Numbered from the stretch's first letter, positions 12,852 to 22,829 are shown. The stretch is DNA of 32,000 bases from Anaerosoma tenue (GCF_023161965.1 NZ_JALNTY010000003.1:11271-43270); one strand, 5' to 3'. The notes: generated from the letters alone by a model not told the origin. Translations and numbers: made by a program.

Positions 12852-15248
12852 CTACTCGCCGCGGGCGGCTGCCGCTCCGCCCAGGAGACGCAGGCCGTTC
12901 GCGATCACCACGAGAGCGATGCCGGTGTCGGCGAAGACCGCCATCCACAGGGTGGCGTGACCCGTCATCGCGAGCGCGAGGAACACCGCCTTGACGGCCA
13001 GCGACAGGGCGATGTTCTGCCTCACGATGCGCATCGTCCTGCGCCCGAGGCCGATGAACCGCGGGAGGGCCGACAGGTCGTCTCCCAGAAGCGCGACGTC
13101 GGCGGTCTCCAGCGCGGTCTGGCTCGCCGCGGCTCCCATCGCGATGCCGATGTCGGCGCTCGCGAGGGCAGGGGCGTCGTTGATGCCGTCGCCCACCACC
13201 GCGACCGGTCCGTACGCCTCGCGCAGCTCGCCCACGGCATCGGTCTTCCCTTCGGGAAGAAGACGTGCGCGGTACTCGGAGATGCCCGTCATCTCCGCTA
13301 CGCGAGCTGCCGCGGCGGGGTTGTCACCCGTGAGCATGACCACGTGCGCCACCCCGCCCAGGCGAAGGTCCGTGACCGCACGCGATGCGTCGGAGCGCAC
13401 CGCATCGGCAACGCCCAGCAAGCCGATCGCACGCATGTCGGAGCCGTCACCGGTCGCCACGACGAGCACGGTGAGACCGCGCTCCTCCAGCGCCAGCGCC
13501 CCCGCATCCGTCTCGCCCGACATCACGCCGAGCTCCCCGGCATACGCGGCGCTGCCGACCGAGACACGCACGCCGTCCACCTGCGCGGACACGCCCTGCC
13601 CGGGCGTCTCGACGACCCCGCTCACCGCTTCCGAAGCAGGCGCCGCGGCGGCCGTCACGGCAGCCGCCAGCGGATGATTGGAGTGCGCCTCCACGGCGGC
13701 CGCCAGGGATGCCACCCGTTCGACCGGTTCGTGGCCCAGCGCGATCGTCTCGATCACCACCGGGCGCCCCTCGGTAAGGGTGCCCGTCTTGTCGAACGCC
13801 ACCACCCCGACGTGAGCGGCGCGTTCGAGGAAGGCGCCCCCCTTCACCAGCACGCCGTCCCTGGTGGCCCGCGCGATCGCGGAGACGATGGCCACGGGCG
13901 TGGAGACCACCAGCGCGCACGGACACGAGATCACCAAGAGCGTGAGCGCGCGGTAGACCCATTCGCGCCACCCCTCGATCCCCACCCACCCCGGGCTGAG
14001 TCCCCCGAGGAACGGCCCGCCGATGGCGACCGCCGCCGCCGCGACCATCACGATCGGGGTGTAGACGCGACTGAACCTGTCCACGAACCGCTGCACGGGC
14101 GCACGGCTCGCCTGGGCCGCTTCGACCAGGTGGACGATGCGAGCAATCGTGGTCTCGGCTGCCGGAGCCGTGGTCACGATCGCCACAAGGCCGGAGGTGT
14201 TGAGCGTGCCCGCATAGACGGTGTCGCCGGAACGCTTGTCCACAGGCAGCGACTCGCCCGTGATGGGCGACTCGTCGAAGGCCGACACACCCTCGGCCAC
14301 CACTCCGTCCAGCGGTACACGCTCACCAGGACGCACCACGATCGTGCCCCCCACAGGCACATCGGCAGGCGCGACCTCGATCTCGCCCTCATCCATCCGC
14401 AGACGCGCACGCTCGGGCGCGAGTGACATGAGCTCCCCGATCGAGCGCCTGGTGCGCGCGACCGACCGCGACTCCAGCATGCCGCCCAACGCAAACAGGA
14501 CGATCACGGTGGCCCCTTCGCCCCACTCGCCCAGCGCGGCGGCGCCACTCACCGCAAGCGTCATGAGCACGTTCATGTCGAGCGTACGCGCCATGAGCGA
14601 CGTCACCGCGCGTCGCCACACCAGTGAGCCACCGACGATGATCGCCAGCGCGAACGCACCCACCGAGGGTACTTCCGACGCTAGACCCCCGAGAAGCCAT
14701 CCGAGCACGAGGAGGATCGACGCGATGCCCACGCGGATCTCGGTCCGGTTCTTCACCCACCACGAGACAGCCGGGAGCGGCGGTCCGCCCTCGGAATCGA
14801 CCGCCTCGATACCGTGACCGGCGCCGACCACCGCGGCAACCGCGGCGCCGCGCGGATCCGCTTCGGGGTCGTACTCCATGAGCAGCAGCCCGCTCGCGAA
14901 GTTGACGTCGGCGGATACGACGCCGGGGATCTGCCGTACGGACGCGGCCACGGTCCGCGCGCAGTCAGGTCAATCGAGCCCTTCGAGCCGGTAGACCGCG
15001 TGCCCCACGACGCCTGCCTCGTCCAGCGCCAGGCGTTCCACCAACTCCTCGAGCGACCTCTCCTCAAGGGACTCAGGATCGTACGTCACGGTGAGGGTGC
15101 CGCCCTCGAGGTCGCAGCGCGTTTCGAGAACGCCGGGCACGTCATCGAGCCCCCGGCACACCCGCCCGGCGCACCCGGCGCAGTACCGCGGCCCCGGCAG
15201 CAGCCGTGTCAGGTCGAACGAGCGTGTCGTCATGTGCGGCACGCCCAC
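12852..15248 (-). CDS. P1B-type (Zn/Cd/Pb class) heavy-metal translocating ATPase with two N-terminal HMA domains; in-frame TGA at 14970-14972 probably encodes selenocysteine (UxxC metal-binding motif)
   Basis: ORFs 14970..15248 and 12852..14951 are in the same frame, separated only by TGA plus six sense codons. The joined product reads ...YCAGCAGRVCRGLDDVPGVLETRCD...HAVYRLEGLD[TGA]PDCARTVAASVRQIPGVVSADVNFASGLLLMEYDP..., a continuous HMA fold. ATPase motifs: SCPCALV, DKTGTLTEG, HPLA, GDGINDAPALA, and QNIALSLAVK...ADTG typical of ZntA/CadA. Exact start uncertain (GTG 15248, GTG 15242 or ATG 15233). Confidence 0.88.
14935..14961 (-). promoter_or_regulatory. Candidate bacterial SECIS hairpin directly 3' of the in-frame UGA
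   Basis: mRNA after UGA: CCUGACUGCGCGCGGACCGUGGCCGCGUCCGUACGG. GCGGAC (14958-14953) pairs with GUCCGU (14943-14938), plus two outer pairs (14961/14935 and 14960/14936) across a 1x1 mismatch. The 9-nt loop CGUGGCCGC starts 18 nt after the UGA and has G at loop position 2. An alternative GCGCGG/CCGCGU fold also exists. Confidence 0.55.
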
Positions 15249-15252
15249 CGCC

Positions 15253-16050
15253 TCACGCAGCGTCCCTGCGCCGGAACACGACCACTGCCGCCACGGCGGA
15301 TACCAGCGCCACGCCGCCGTACAGCCACCACGCCGCCGCGTCCACCGGGTCGCCGTTGATGATCTTGCCCGGTTGCCAGTAGCTCACGATGTTGATCGGG
15401 TCGAAGAGCTCGGCGGCTTCCGAGAAGTTCGATACGAGGTCGGCGATCCACAACACCACGAGCACGCCGGCGGCGATGGCACCGGGTTTGCCGGCGCCTC
15501 TGAAGATCGCCGACAACATGAGCGTGAAGCCACCCACGGCCAACATGAAGAGCAGGCCGAAGGCGAACAGCGTCCAGAACGTGTCCCAGGGCAGGTCGAT
15601 GTCGTACTTGGGCCCGAACACCATGATGGGCACGAAGCTCGCCGCGGCCAGCGCGAGCGAGTACCCCACCATCACTGCGATGCGGGTAATGGCCAGCCGT
15701 GCGCGCGAGACAGGCTGCGACAGCACGAATTCCATCGTGCCCTCGGCTATCTCACCGGCGAACGCCTTGGCGGAGTAGATGATCAGCGCCGACGCGACGA
15801 TCACCATCCACATGAGTCCCAGATACTCCGTCTGGAAGTACCCCCCGAGCGACGCGAAGGACACCTCCGTGCCGCCGAAGATCGCCAGCACCTCGGCCGG
15901 CATCGTCTCCACGAGCTCGGCGTACTCGTTACCGCCGATCTCGGGATAGAACCAGGTCATCATCCAGGAGTACAGGACGAGGCCGAACGAGAACCAGAAT
16001 ATGGACACGCGGTTCTGGTGGAGCGTGCCCCGCAACAGCGTCCAACTCAT
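15253..16050 (-). CDS. ABC-2 type transporter permease
   Basis: 265-aa protein with about 6 hydrophobic segments, MSWTLLRGTLHQNRVSIFWFSFGLVLYSW...SAKAFAGEIAEGTMEFVLSQPVSRARLAITR; overlaps its cognate ATPase gene by 4 nt. Confidence 0.9.
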   Translation of the reverse strand: MSWTLLRGTLHQNRVSIFWFSFGLVLYSWMMTWFYPEIGGNEYAELVETMPAEVLAIFGGTEVSFASLGGYFQTEYLGLMWMVIVASALIIYSAKAFAGEIAEGTMEFVLSQPVSRARLAITRIAVMVGYSLALAAASFVPIMVFGPKYDIDLPWDTFWTLFAFGLLFMLAVGGFTLMLSAIFRGAGKPGAIAAGVLVVLWIADLVSNFSEAAELFDPINIVSYWQPGKIINGDPVDAAAWWLYGGVALVSAVAAVVVFRRRDAA

Positions 16051-16973
16051 CGGACCTCCCCTCCCTCTTCGTTCGCATGCGTTGCATCATCACTGCGGTA
16101 GAACTCCAGGAACACGTCCTCCAGGCTTGCATGCTGGATACGGATGTCGCTGACCTTCCGGCTTGCGATGCGCTTGAGCACGCCGTCGATCGCGTCGCCA
16201 CGCACGCGCGCCGCCAGGCTCTGGTCGGAGACGGCCACCACGCTGTCCACGCCCGGCAGCTCCCCCAGCAGCGAGGCCTCCACGGGGTCGGCGAACGTCA
16301 CCTCGACCTCGCGCAGCCGCTTGCCAAGCAGCGACTTCACGCCCTCCTCGGCCACCAGGCGACCCGAGCGGATGATGCCGACCTTGTCGCACACCCGCTC
16401 CACCTCGGACAACACGTGGCTCGAGAGGAACACCGTGCGTCCCGCGGCCACCCGCTCCTCGATGACCGAGTACACCGCCTCCTGGTTGAGCGGGTCGAGA
16501 CCGCTCGTGGGCTCGTCGAGTATGAGCAGCTCGGGATCGTGTGCCATGCCGAGGATCAGGGCGAGCTTCTGCTTGTTGCCCTTCGACAGCTCCTTGACCC
16601 GCCTCGACGGGTCCAGATCGAACCGCTCAAGCAACTCGGCGGTGAGCGGGCCTTTGGTCCCGCGGAATCCGGCGACGTAATCGAGATGCCAGCGGCCGGT
16701 CTCCTTCTCGTACAAACGTACCTCGCCCGCCACATATCCGATCCGACGCCTGAGAGCCGCGCCGTCGAGGGTCACCCGCTCACCCAGCACGGACGATGAT
16801 CCCGCCGTAGGCTTGAGCATACCGAGCAGGCACCTGATGGTCGTGGTCTTGCCCGCGCCGTTGGGCCCAAGGAATCCATAGACCGCGCCCTGCGGGACGG
16901 CCATCGTGAGGTCCTCGACACCCCGCGCCTTGCCGTAGTACTTCGTGAGCCCACTCGTGCTGATGACGTCCAT
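16047..16973 (-). CDS. ABC transporter ATP-binding protein (DrrA/CcmA-like)
   Basis: Walker A GPNGAGKTTTIR, signature LSKGNKQKLALI, Walker B LLILDEPTSGLDP, H-loop SSHVLSEVERVCD; 308 aa. Confidence 0.95.
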   Translation of the reverse strand: MDVISTSGLTKYYGKARGVEDLTMAVPQGAVYGFLGPNGAGKTTTIRCLLGMLKPTAGSSSVLGERVTLDGAALRRRIGYVAGEVRLYEKETGRWHLDYVAGFRGTKGPLTAELLERFDLDPSRRVKELSKGNKQKLALILGMAHDPELLILDEPTSGLDPLNQEAVYSVIEERVAAGRTVFLSSHVLSEVERVCDKVGIIRSGRLVAEEGVKSLLGKRLREVEVTFADPVEASLLGELPGVDSVVAVSDQSLAARVRGDAIDGVLKRIASRKVSDIRIQHASLEDVFLEFYRSDDATHANEEGGEVR

Positions 16974-17109
16974 GCAGCAGCCTCCTTGCGGCCCTCGGCA
17001 CACCGCGGCACTCCGTGCCTGCGATGGGACGCATACCATCCTAACGCTCCGGGACCGAGTGAGCGACGTGGTTGTGGGGACATACTAGACAATCGCCCCG
17101 CTGAAGAAG

Positions 17110-17772
17110 GTGATCCGCTTGACGACGAAGGATCCCGTCACGAAGACGACGCTCTGGGTGGTAGTGGCCGTGGTGCTCGCCCTGGCGGTTGGAGCGCTGG
17201 CGGGGTGGTTCGCCCGCTCGGGAGAGGTCCAAGACCTGGAGGACCGCATCGCAGCCTCGGAAGAGGAGTCCGCGACGGATGAACCGGCGGCGCCCGCCGA
17301 ACCGGAGACGGACACGGCGCCGGTGGAACCGCCTGCCGAGGAGGAGCCCGCCGAGGAGGACGAGGAGCCCGTTGACGTTCCCGTTGCTGCCGAGCGTGTA
17401 CCGGCAATCATCACCGCGGTCGACACGAGCGGGTCGACGGTGCGCCTTGAGGCGGACTACATCCAGTTCCTCACCGGTGACGAAGCGGCCGATGCGGCGA
17501 CCGCCCACGGCGACGAATCCCCCCCGCCCAACGACTACTACATCGTCAACGACAACCCCGCGCTCCGGGAGTTCCCAGTGCAGGAGGGCATCAGCGTCGT
17601 GACGGTCGTCAACGATGATGGGACCTCGGATCCGGCTGGACACACGCTCACATTGGACGAGTGGGTGGATCGCATCACGGGCCCCAACGCCGACGCGTTC
17701 AGGTCGAGCTTCTACTGGATCACCGTCTCGGAAGCGACCATCACGACCATCGAGCAGCAGTACCTGCCGTAG
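17110..17772 (+). CDS. Membrane-anchored extracytoplasmic protein of unknown function (tandem paralog 1)
   Basis: GTG start; N-terminal TM (TTLWVVVAVVLALAVGALAGWF), acidic/Pro-rich linker, then a domain with FLTGDEAADAAT...NDYYIVND...FYWITVSEATITTIEQQYLP that resembles the next gene. Confidence 0.75.
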   Translation: MIRLTTKDPVTKTTLWVVVAVVLALAVGALAGWFARSGEVQDLEDRIAASEEESATDEPAAPAEPETDTAPVEPPAEEEPAEEDEEPVDVPVAAERVPAIITAVDTSGSTVRLEADYIQFLTGDEAADAATAHGDESPPPNDYYIVNDNPALREFPVQEGISVVTVVNDDGTSDPAGHTLTLDEWVDRITGPNADAFRSSFYWITVSEATITTIEQQYLP

Positions 17773-17781
17773 GAGGCTCCG

Positions 17782-18507
17782 ATGAAGTGGAGCGAGTTCT
17801 CTCGCACGCAGCGGGCTCTAACGATCGCGGGAGTCGTGGTGCTCGGCCTGGCGGTCGTCGCCGGAGCCTTCGCGCTCGGGCTGGGGCTTGGCGACGGCCC
17901 TGAAGCGGCCACTGATACCGCAACAGACGCCGCCGAGACCACCGGGACCGCCGAGACCACGTCCACCGAGGAGCCAGCGACCGAGACGGTGGAGCCCGAG
18001 ACGCCGCCCGCCGCCGAGCCCGAACCCGAGCCCGATCCGTCGACCCCTGCGGCAACTCCCCCTGCGGAGGACGCGCGCGTCTTCGGCCGGATCGAAGGCA
18101 TACGCGATGAGAGCGGCGGGGCGTGGACGGAGTTGTGGGTGGACATCGACACGGCGGTCTTCCTCACCGACGACGCCGCGCTTGACTGGCTCACCAGCCA
18201 GGGGGACGCCGAGTTCTACAACGCCGACTACTGGTACGCGAAGCCCGACGGCGCGGCGGTCACATCGCACCGCCTGAAGCCGGGCTCCGTCAAGGTGTGG
18301 ATGTACACGTACCCGACCACGCCTCCGATCGGCTTCTACGGGCCGGGTATGGCGAAACAGACGGTCGGCTTCGGCGAGTTCTACGATGCGATCTACATGG
18401 CAGGCGACCCCGACGGCCTGCTCGACCGCTACTACTGGTTCACGGTCGACGGCGACTACATCACCATCATCGAGGAGCAGCCGAGAGACGCCTACTACGA
18501 GCCGTAG
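17782..18507 (+). CDS. Membrane-anchored extracytoplasmic protein of unknown function (tandem paralog 2)
   Basis: ATG 17782 with AGGAGG upstream; N-terminal TM, acidic/Thr/Pro-rich linker, then VFLTDDAALDWLT...NADYWYAKPDG...YYWFTVDGDYITIIEEQ, parallel to the preceding gene. Confidence 0.82.
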   Translation: MKWSEFSRTQRALTIAGVVVLGLAVVAGAFALGLGLGDGPEAATDTATDAAETTGTAETTSTEEPATETVEPETPPAAEPEPEPDPSTPAATPPAEDARVFGRIEGIRDESGGAWTELWVDIDTAVFLTDDAALDWLTSQGDAEFYNADYWYAKPDGAAVTSHRLKPGSVKVWMYTYPTTPPIGFYGPGMAKQTVGFGEFYDAIYMAGDPDGLLDRYYWFTVDGDYITIIEEQPRDAYYEP

Positions 18508-18518
18508 CGGCCGTGCAG

Positions 18519-20585
18519 CTACCGCTTGCGCCGACGCGTGGCGTGAGCCGACCCCCGGCGAGCGCCCCGCTTCAGGCGCGACAGCACCTCATCGGCCGTC
18601 GACGACTCGGCGTCTGTCTTGAGCTTGACCACCTGGTCGCGCAAGCGTGCCGCAGTCTCGAAGTCGAGCGCCTCGGCGGCGGCGTGCATGTCCTCCTCCA
18701 TCGCCGCGACGATGCGCGCCACCTCGTCGCGCGGGAGCTGACCCAGCTCGGCCGCCACGTCCACGCTCGGCTCGAGGCCGGCCTCCGTCTCGCGCACGTA
18801 CTGCGCGATGTCGTGGATCGCCTTCCGTATGGTCTGCGGCTCGATCCCGTGCTCCTCGTTGAACGCGACCTGGATGGCGCGGCGGCGCTCCGTCTCGTCC
18901 ATCGCCGTACGCATCGAGTCCGTGACCTTGTCCGCGTAGAGGATCACCTCGCCCGACACGTTGCGCGCGGCTCGACCGATCGTCTGGATGAGCGAGCGGT
19001 GGTTGCGCAGGAAGCCTTCCTTGTCGGCATCGAGGATCGCCACGAGCGAGACTTCGGGCAGGTCGAGCCCCTCGCGGAGCAGGTTGATGCCCACCAGGCA
19101 ATCGATCACGCCCGCGCGCAGGTCGCGGAGGATCTCCACGCGCTCAAGCGTGCCGATGTCGCTGTGCATGTACCGTACCTTGATGCCGTGCTCGAAAAGG
19201 TAATCCGCCAGGTCCTCGGCCATCTTCTTGGTGAGGGTGGTGACGAGCGTACGTTCGTTGCGCTCGGCGCGCTCACGCACCTCGGCCATGAGATCGTCGA
19301 TCTGCCCGTGTGTGGGCCGCACCTCGATGGCGGGGTCCACCAGGCCCGTGGGTCGGATGATCTGCTCCACCACGCGCTGCGAGGTGCGCGTCTCATAGTC
19401 GCCAGGCGTGGCCGAGACGAACACGGTCTGCGGTATCCGCGCCCTGAACTCGTCGAACTTCAGCGGACGGTTGTCGAGCGCGCTCGGCAGGCGGAACCCG
19501 TGCTCAACGAGCGTGAGCTTGCGCGAACGATCGCCCTCGTACATCCCGTGAAGCTGCGGCACGGTCACGTGGCTCTCGTCGATGATGCACAAGAAGTCGT
19601 CGCCGAAGTAATCGATGAGCGTGTGCGGAGGCTCGCCGGGCTTGCGCCCGTCGAGATGGCGCGAGTAGTTCTCGATCCCGTTGCAGTACCCCATCTCCTC
19701 GAGCATCTCGAGGTCGTATGAGGTGCGCATCTCCAGACGCTGCGCCTCGAGCAGCTTGCCCTCGGCGTTGAGTCGCACCAACCGCTCGTGCAGCTCCGCC
19801 TTGATCGACGCCACCGCGTCGGTGAGCTTGTCCTTGGGCGTGACGTAGTGGGTGGCCGGCCACACCGGCGTTGCGCCGAAGCGGTTCACCACCTCGCCGG
19901 TCACGTGGTCCACCTCGGCGATCGACTCGATCTCGTCGCCGAAGAACTCCACCCGGATCGGCACCTCGGCATAGGGCGGAAAGACGTCGAGCACGTCGCC
20001 GCGCACGCGGAAGGTGCCGCGGGAGAGCTCGTAGTCGTTGCGGTCGTACTGGATGTCGATGAGGTCGTAGATGAGCTTGTCGCGGTCGTACGGCGCCCCC
20101 TCGGCGAGGAACACCGCCATCCCCGCGTAGTCCTCCGGCGAGCCGATGCCGTAGATGCAGCTCACGCTCGCCACCACCACGACATCCCTGCGCGAGAGCA
20201 GCGCGGCCGTGGCGGCGTGCCGCAGCTTCTCCACCTCGGCGTTGATGCTCGCGTCCTTCTCGATGAAAGTGTCGGTGGTGGGAACGTACGCCTCGGGCTG
20301 GTAGTAGTCGTAGTACGACACGAAGTACATGACCGCGTTCTCGGGCATCACGTCACGGATCTCGCTCGCCAGCTGAGCGGCGAGCGTCTTGTTGGGCGCG
20401 AGCACCAGGGTCGGCTTCTGGACCTCCTCGATCAGCTTGGCCATCGTGAACGTCTTGCCCGAGCCGGTCACGCCGAGAAGCGTCTGGTCTCTCAGCCCCT
20501 CGCGGACGCCCTCGGCCAGGCCGATGATCGCCTTCGGTTGATCGCCGGCTGGCTCGAACTCAGAGACGACCTTGAGCTCCCTCAC
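18519..20585 (-). CDS. uvrB: Excinuclease ABC subunit B
   Basis: GTG start; [68 protein letters not shown]-terminal UVR-type motif; 7-nt gap from coaE. Confidence 0.98.
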   Translation of the reverse strand: MRELKVVSEFEPAGDQPKAIIGLAEGVREGLRDQTLLGVTGSGKTFTMAKLIEEVQKPTLVLAPNKTLAAQLASEIRDVMPENAVMYFVSYYDYYQPEAYVPTTDTFIEKDASINAEVEKLRHAATAALLSRRDVVVVASVSCIYGIGSPEDYAGMAVFLAEGAPYDRDKLIYDLIDIQYDRNDYELSRGTFRVRGDVLDVFPPYAEVPIRVEFFGDEIESIAEVDHVTGEVVNRFGATPVWPATHYVTPKDKLTDAVASIKAELHERLVRLNAEGKLLEAQRLEMRTSYDLEMLEEMGYCNGIENYSRHLDGRKPGEPPHTLIDYFGDDFLCIIDESHVTVPQLHGMYEGDRSRKLTLVEHGFRLPSALDNRPLKFDEFRARIPQTVFVSATPGDYETRTSQRVVEQIIRPTGLVDPAIEVRPTHGQIDDLMAEVRERAERNERTLVTTLTKKMAEDLADYLFEHGIKVRYMHSDIGTLERVEILRDLRAGVIDCLVGINLLREGLDLPEVSLVAILDADKEGFLRNHRSLIQTIGRAARNVSGEVILYADKVTDSMRTAMDETERRRAIQVAFNEEHGIEPQTIRKAIHDIAQYVRETEAGLEPSVDVAAELGQLPRDEVARIVAAMEEDMHAAAEALDFETAARLRDQVVKLKTDAESSTADEVLSRLKRGARRGSAHATRRRKR

Positions 20586-20592
20586 TGCCCCA

Positions 20593-21204
20593 CTACCTTC
20601 CGCGCGGCGCGATCTCCGCATCCCAGAACTCGGCCACTATCGCACGGAACTCCTCGGGCGTGCCCTCGTTGTCGATCACGTAGTCGGCGATCTCACGCCG
20701 TTCCGCGTCGCCCGCCTGTCGCGCAAGCCGGTTCTCAGCGTCTTCCCGCGACATGCCGCGAGCAAGCGCCCGGGCGATGCGCGTCTCCTCGTTGGCCGAG
20801 ATGGCGAGCACGGCATCCACCGGCTCGAGAAACAGCGGCGACTCGACAAGCAACGGCACCACGAGCACCACCGCCTGCGGCGGCTCCCCCTGCAGGGCGA
20901 GCGTGTCGAGAGCGCCGGCGACCGCGGCAAGGATCGCCGGGTGCATGATGGCGTTGAGCCTGCGGGTGGCGTCCTCCGTAGCGAAGGCGACCCGCGCGAG
21001 CGCAGCGCGATCCACCGCGCCATCGTCGCGGCGCACGTCCGGACCGAACTCCTCGATCACACGGTCACGCACCGCGGACGCCTCGTCCAGCAGGGTCCTG
21101 GCCACGTCGTCGAGGTCGATCACCACCGCGCCACGGTCGGCGAAGACCTCGGCGGCCGTCGACTTACCTGAGCCGAGTCCGCCGGTGAGAGCGAGCACAT
21201 ACAT
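20593..21204 (-). CDS. coaE: Dephospho-CoA kinase
   Basis: [36 protein letters not shown]... P-loop and HPAI motif; position between uvrB and rpsA. Confidence 0.95.
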   Translation of the reverse strand: MYVLALTGGLGSGKSTAAEVFADRGAVVIDLDDVARTLLDEASAVRDRVIEEFGPDVRRDDGAVDRAALARVAFATEDATRRLNAIMHPAILAAVAGALDTLALQGEPPQAVVLVVPLLVESPLFLEPVDAVLAISANEETRIARALARGMSREDAENRLARQAGDAERREIADYVIDNEGTPEEFRAIVAEFWDAEIAPRGR

Positions 21205-21223
21205 GGTTACCTCCAGATGGTAC

Positions 21224-21258
21224 GGGGCCGGGCCGCGCTCTCGCGAAGGCCCAGCCCC
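21224..21258 (-). terminator. Inverted repeat between rpsA and coaE, possible partial terminator/attenuator
   Basis: GGGGC-c-GGGCC ... GGCCC-a-GCCCC stem with a smaller GCG/CGC inner stem, between the rpsA stop (21286) and coaE start (21204). Confidence 0.4.
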
Positions 21259-21285
21259 GAAAGGTGCTTCGTGAAGCCGAGGACG

Positions 21286-22695
21286 CTAGGCGTCGTCTCC
21301 GTCGTCGGAATCCTCGGCTCCGGCTTCCGCCTCGTCCTCGGCTCCGGCTTCCGGCTCGTCCTCGGCGACCTCCGTCTCGTCCTCGACCGCTTCCTCAGCC
21401 TCGGGCGCCGCGTCGGCATCGTCAGCCTCGGCGGTCTCCTCAGCTTCGACGGTCTCCTCGGCCTCAACGGTCTCGACGGCCTCTTCGACCGGCTCGGGGG
21501 CTGCCTCGTCGGCGACACCCTCGGACTCCACCGCTTCGATCTCCTCGGCGGCTTCATCCTCCACCGGCGCCGGGATGGCGTCGGGCAGGCCGAGCTCCTC
21601 GTTGGCGGCGCGGATCGAGAGCGAGATCCGGCGACGGTCGAGGTCGACGTCCATGACCTTGACCTTGATCTGATCGCCCACGCGGACGACGTCTTCCGGC
21701 TTCTCCACGTGACCGCGGGCCATCTCGGAGATGTGCACAAGACCCTCGACGCTCTCGCCGATCTCAACGAACGCGCCGAACGGGACGATCTTGGTGACCT
21801 TGCCGTCCACGATGACGCCCACCTGGAAGTCCTTGACGAGCTGCTTCCACGGGTCGTCCTGGGTCTGCTTGAGGCCGAGGGAGATGCGCTCGCGGCCCAT
21901 GTCCACGTCGAGGACCTGCACCTCGACCTTGTCGCCCACCGCGACGACCTCGGAGGGGTGGTTCACGTGGCTCCAGCTGAGCTCGGAGATGTGCACCAGA
22001 CCGTCGATGCCGCCGAGGTCGACGAACGCGCCGAAGTCGACGATCGAGGAGACGGTACCCGGCAGGATCATGCCCTTGACCAGCTTGTTGAGCACTTCCT
22101 GACGCTCTTGCTTGCGGTCCTCCTCGAGGACGACGCGGCGCGAGAGCACGACGTTGTTGCGGTTGCGGTCCATCTCGATGACACGCGCCTCGAGACGGTC
22201 GCCCAGGAACATGTGGAGGTCCTTCACGCGGCGAAGATCCACCAGCGATGCCGGGAGGAAGCCGCGAAGGCCGATGTCGAGGATGAGACCGCCCTTGACG
22301 ACCTCGATGACTTCGCCCTCGACGTTCTCGCCAGCCTCGAACTTCTTCTCGATCTCGTTCCACGCACGCTCGTACGCGGCGCGCTTCTTGGAGAGGATGA
22401 GGCGACCATCCTTGTCCTCCTTCTGGAGAACGAGCGCTTCGATCTCGTCACCGAGCTGCACGATGTCAGCCGGGTTGGCATCCTTGCGGATGGAGAGTTC
22501 GCGCGCCGGGATGACGCCTTCGGATTTGTAGCCGATGTCGAGGAGGACCTCGTCCCGCTCGACCTGGACCACGGTACCAGTCACCAGATCACCGTCGTCG
22601 AAGTCGGTGATGGTCTCGTCGATGAGGGCATGCATCTCCTCATCGGTGTACTCGCGATCGTCGTGCTCGATGTAGCTGCTCTGCTCTTCTACCAC
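21286..22695 (-). CDS. rpsA: 30S ribosomal protein S1
   Basis: GTG start; four S1 RNA-binding repeats (e.g. LPGTVSSIVDFGAFVDLGGIDGLVHISELS; DGKVTKIVPFGAFVEIGESVEGLVHISEMA) and a long acidic Ala/Glu-rich C-terminal tail. Confidence 0.96.
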   Translation of the reverse strand: MVEEQSSYIEHDDREYTDEEMHALIDETITDFDDGDLVTGTVVQVERDEVLLDIGYKSEGVIPARELSIRKDANPADIVQLGDEIEALVLQKEDKDGRLILSKKRAAYERAWNEIEKKFEAGENVEGEVIEVVKGGLILDIGLRGFLPASLVDLRRVKDLHMFLGDRLEARVIEMDRNRNNVVLSRRVVLEEDRKQERQEVLNKLVKGMILPGTVSSIVDFGAFVDLGGIDGLVHISELSWSHVNHPSEVVAVGDKVEVQVLDVDMGRERISLGLKQTQDDPWKQLVKDFQVGVIVDGKVTKIVPFGAFVEIGESVEGLVHISEMARGHVEKPEDVVRVGDQIKVKVMDVDLDRRRISLSIRAANEELGLPDAIPAPVEDEAAEEIEAVESEGVADEAAPEPVEEAVETVEAEETVEAEETAEADDADAAPEAEEAVEDETEVAEDEPEAGAEDEAEAGAEDSDDGDDA

Positions 22696-22823
22696 GTCGG
22701 GTGGCCCCTTCCGTGCTTCCGGGGCCCCGGTCCCATGCCGTCTCGGTCGCCTGCTTTCCGGTCAGTCATGCTCTCGGGGGCCTATAGGACTGTACTCACC
22801 ACGCGCGCACGCGTAGCCGAGAG

Positions 22824-22829
22824 ATTGTA
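22824..22829 (-). promoter_or_regulatory. Candidate -10 element for rpsA transcription
   Basis: Minus strand TACAAT in the rpsA-polA intergenic region, with TCGCAT 17 nt upstream as a weak -35. Confidence 0.45.

Noticed and set aside
12852-14951. Track ORF of 699 aa beginning at GTG 14951, taken as the complete P-type ATPase
   Set aside because: This start falls inside the second HMA domain, just after its CxxC region. The frame continues upstream through a single TGA into a clean HMA-domain ORF, so the truncated model is probably an artefact of treating UGA as stop.
12970-14960. Global reassignment of TGA (e.g. to Trp, Gly or Cys) as explanation for the in-frame TGA
   Set aside because: Several neighbouring genes (amt, glnD, the small membrane protein at 10567, the ABC-2 permease) terminate properly at TGA, so a context-dependent recoding such as selenocysteine fits better. 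A dedicated suppressor tRNA cannot be excluded from this window.
18508-18518. Possible terminator between the second paralog and uvrB
   Set aside because: Only a short imperfect stem (GTAGC/GCTAC) was found, too weak to call.
18297-19721. 474-aa plus-strand ORF
   Set aside because: Out-of-frame with the second paralog and antisense to uvrB; composition is His/Arg/Val-rich with no domain.
21290-21560. Repetitive GAG/GCC-rich tract considered as a DNA repeat array
   Set aside because: It is the low-complexity Glu/Ala tail of ribosomal protein S1, not a CRISPR or mobile repeat.
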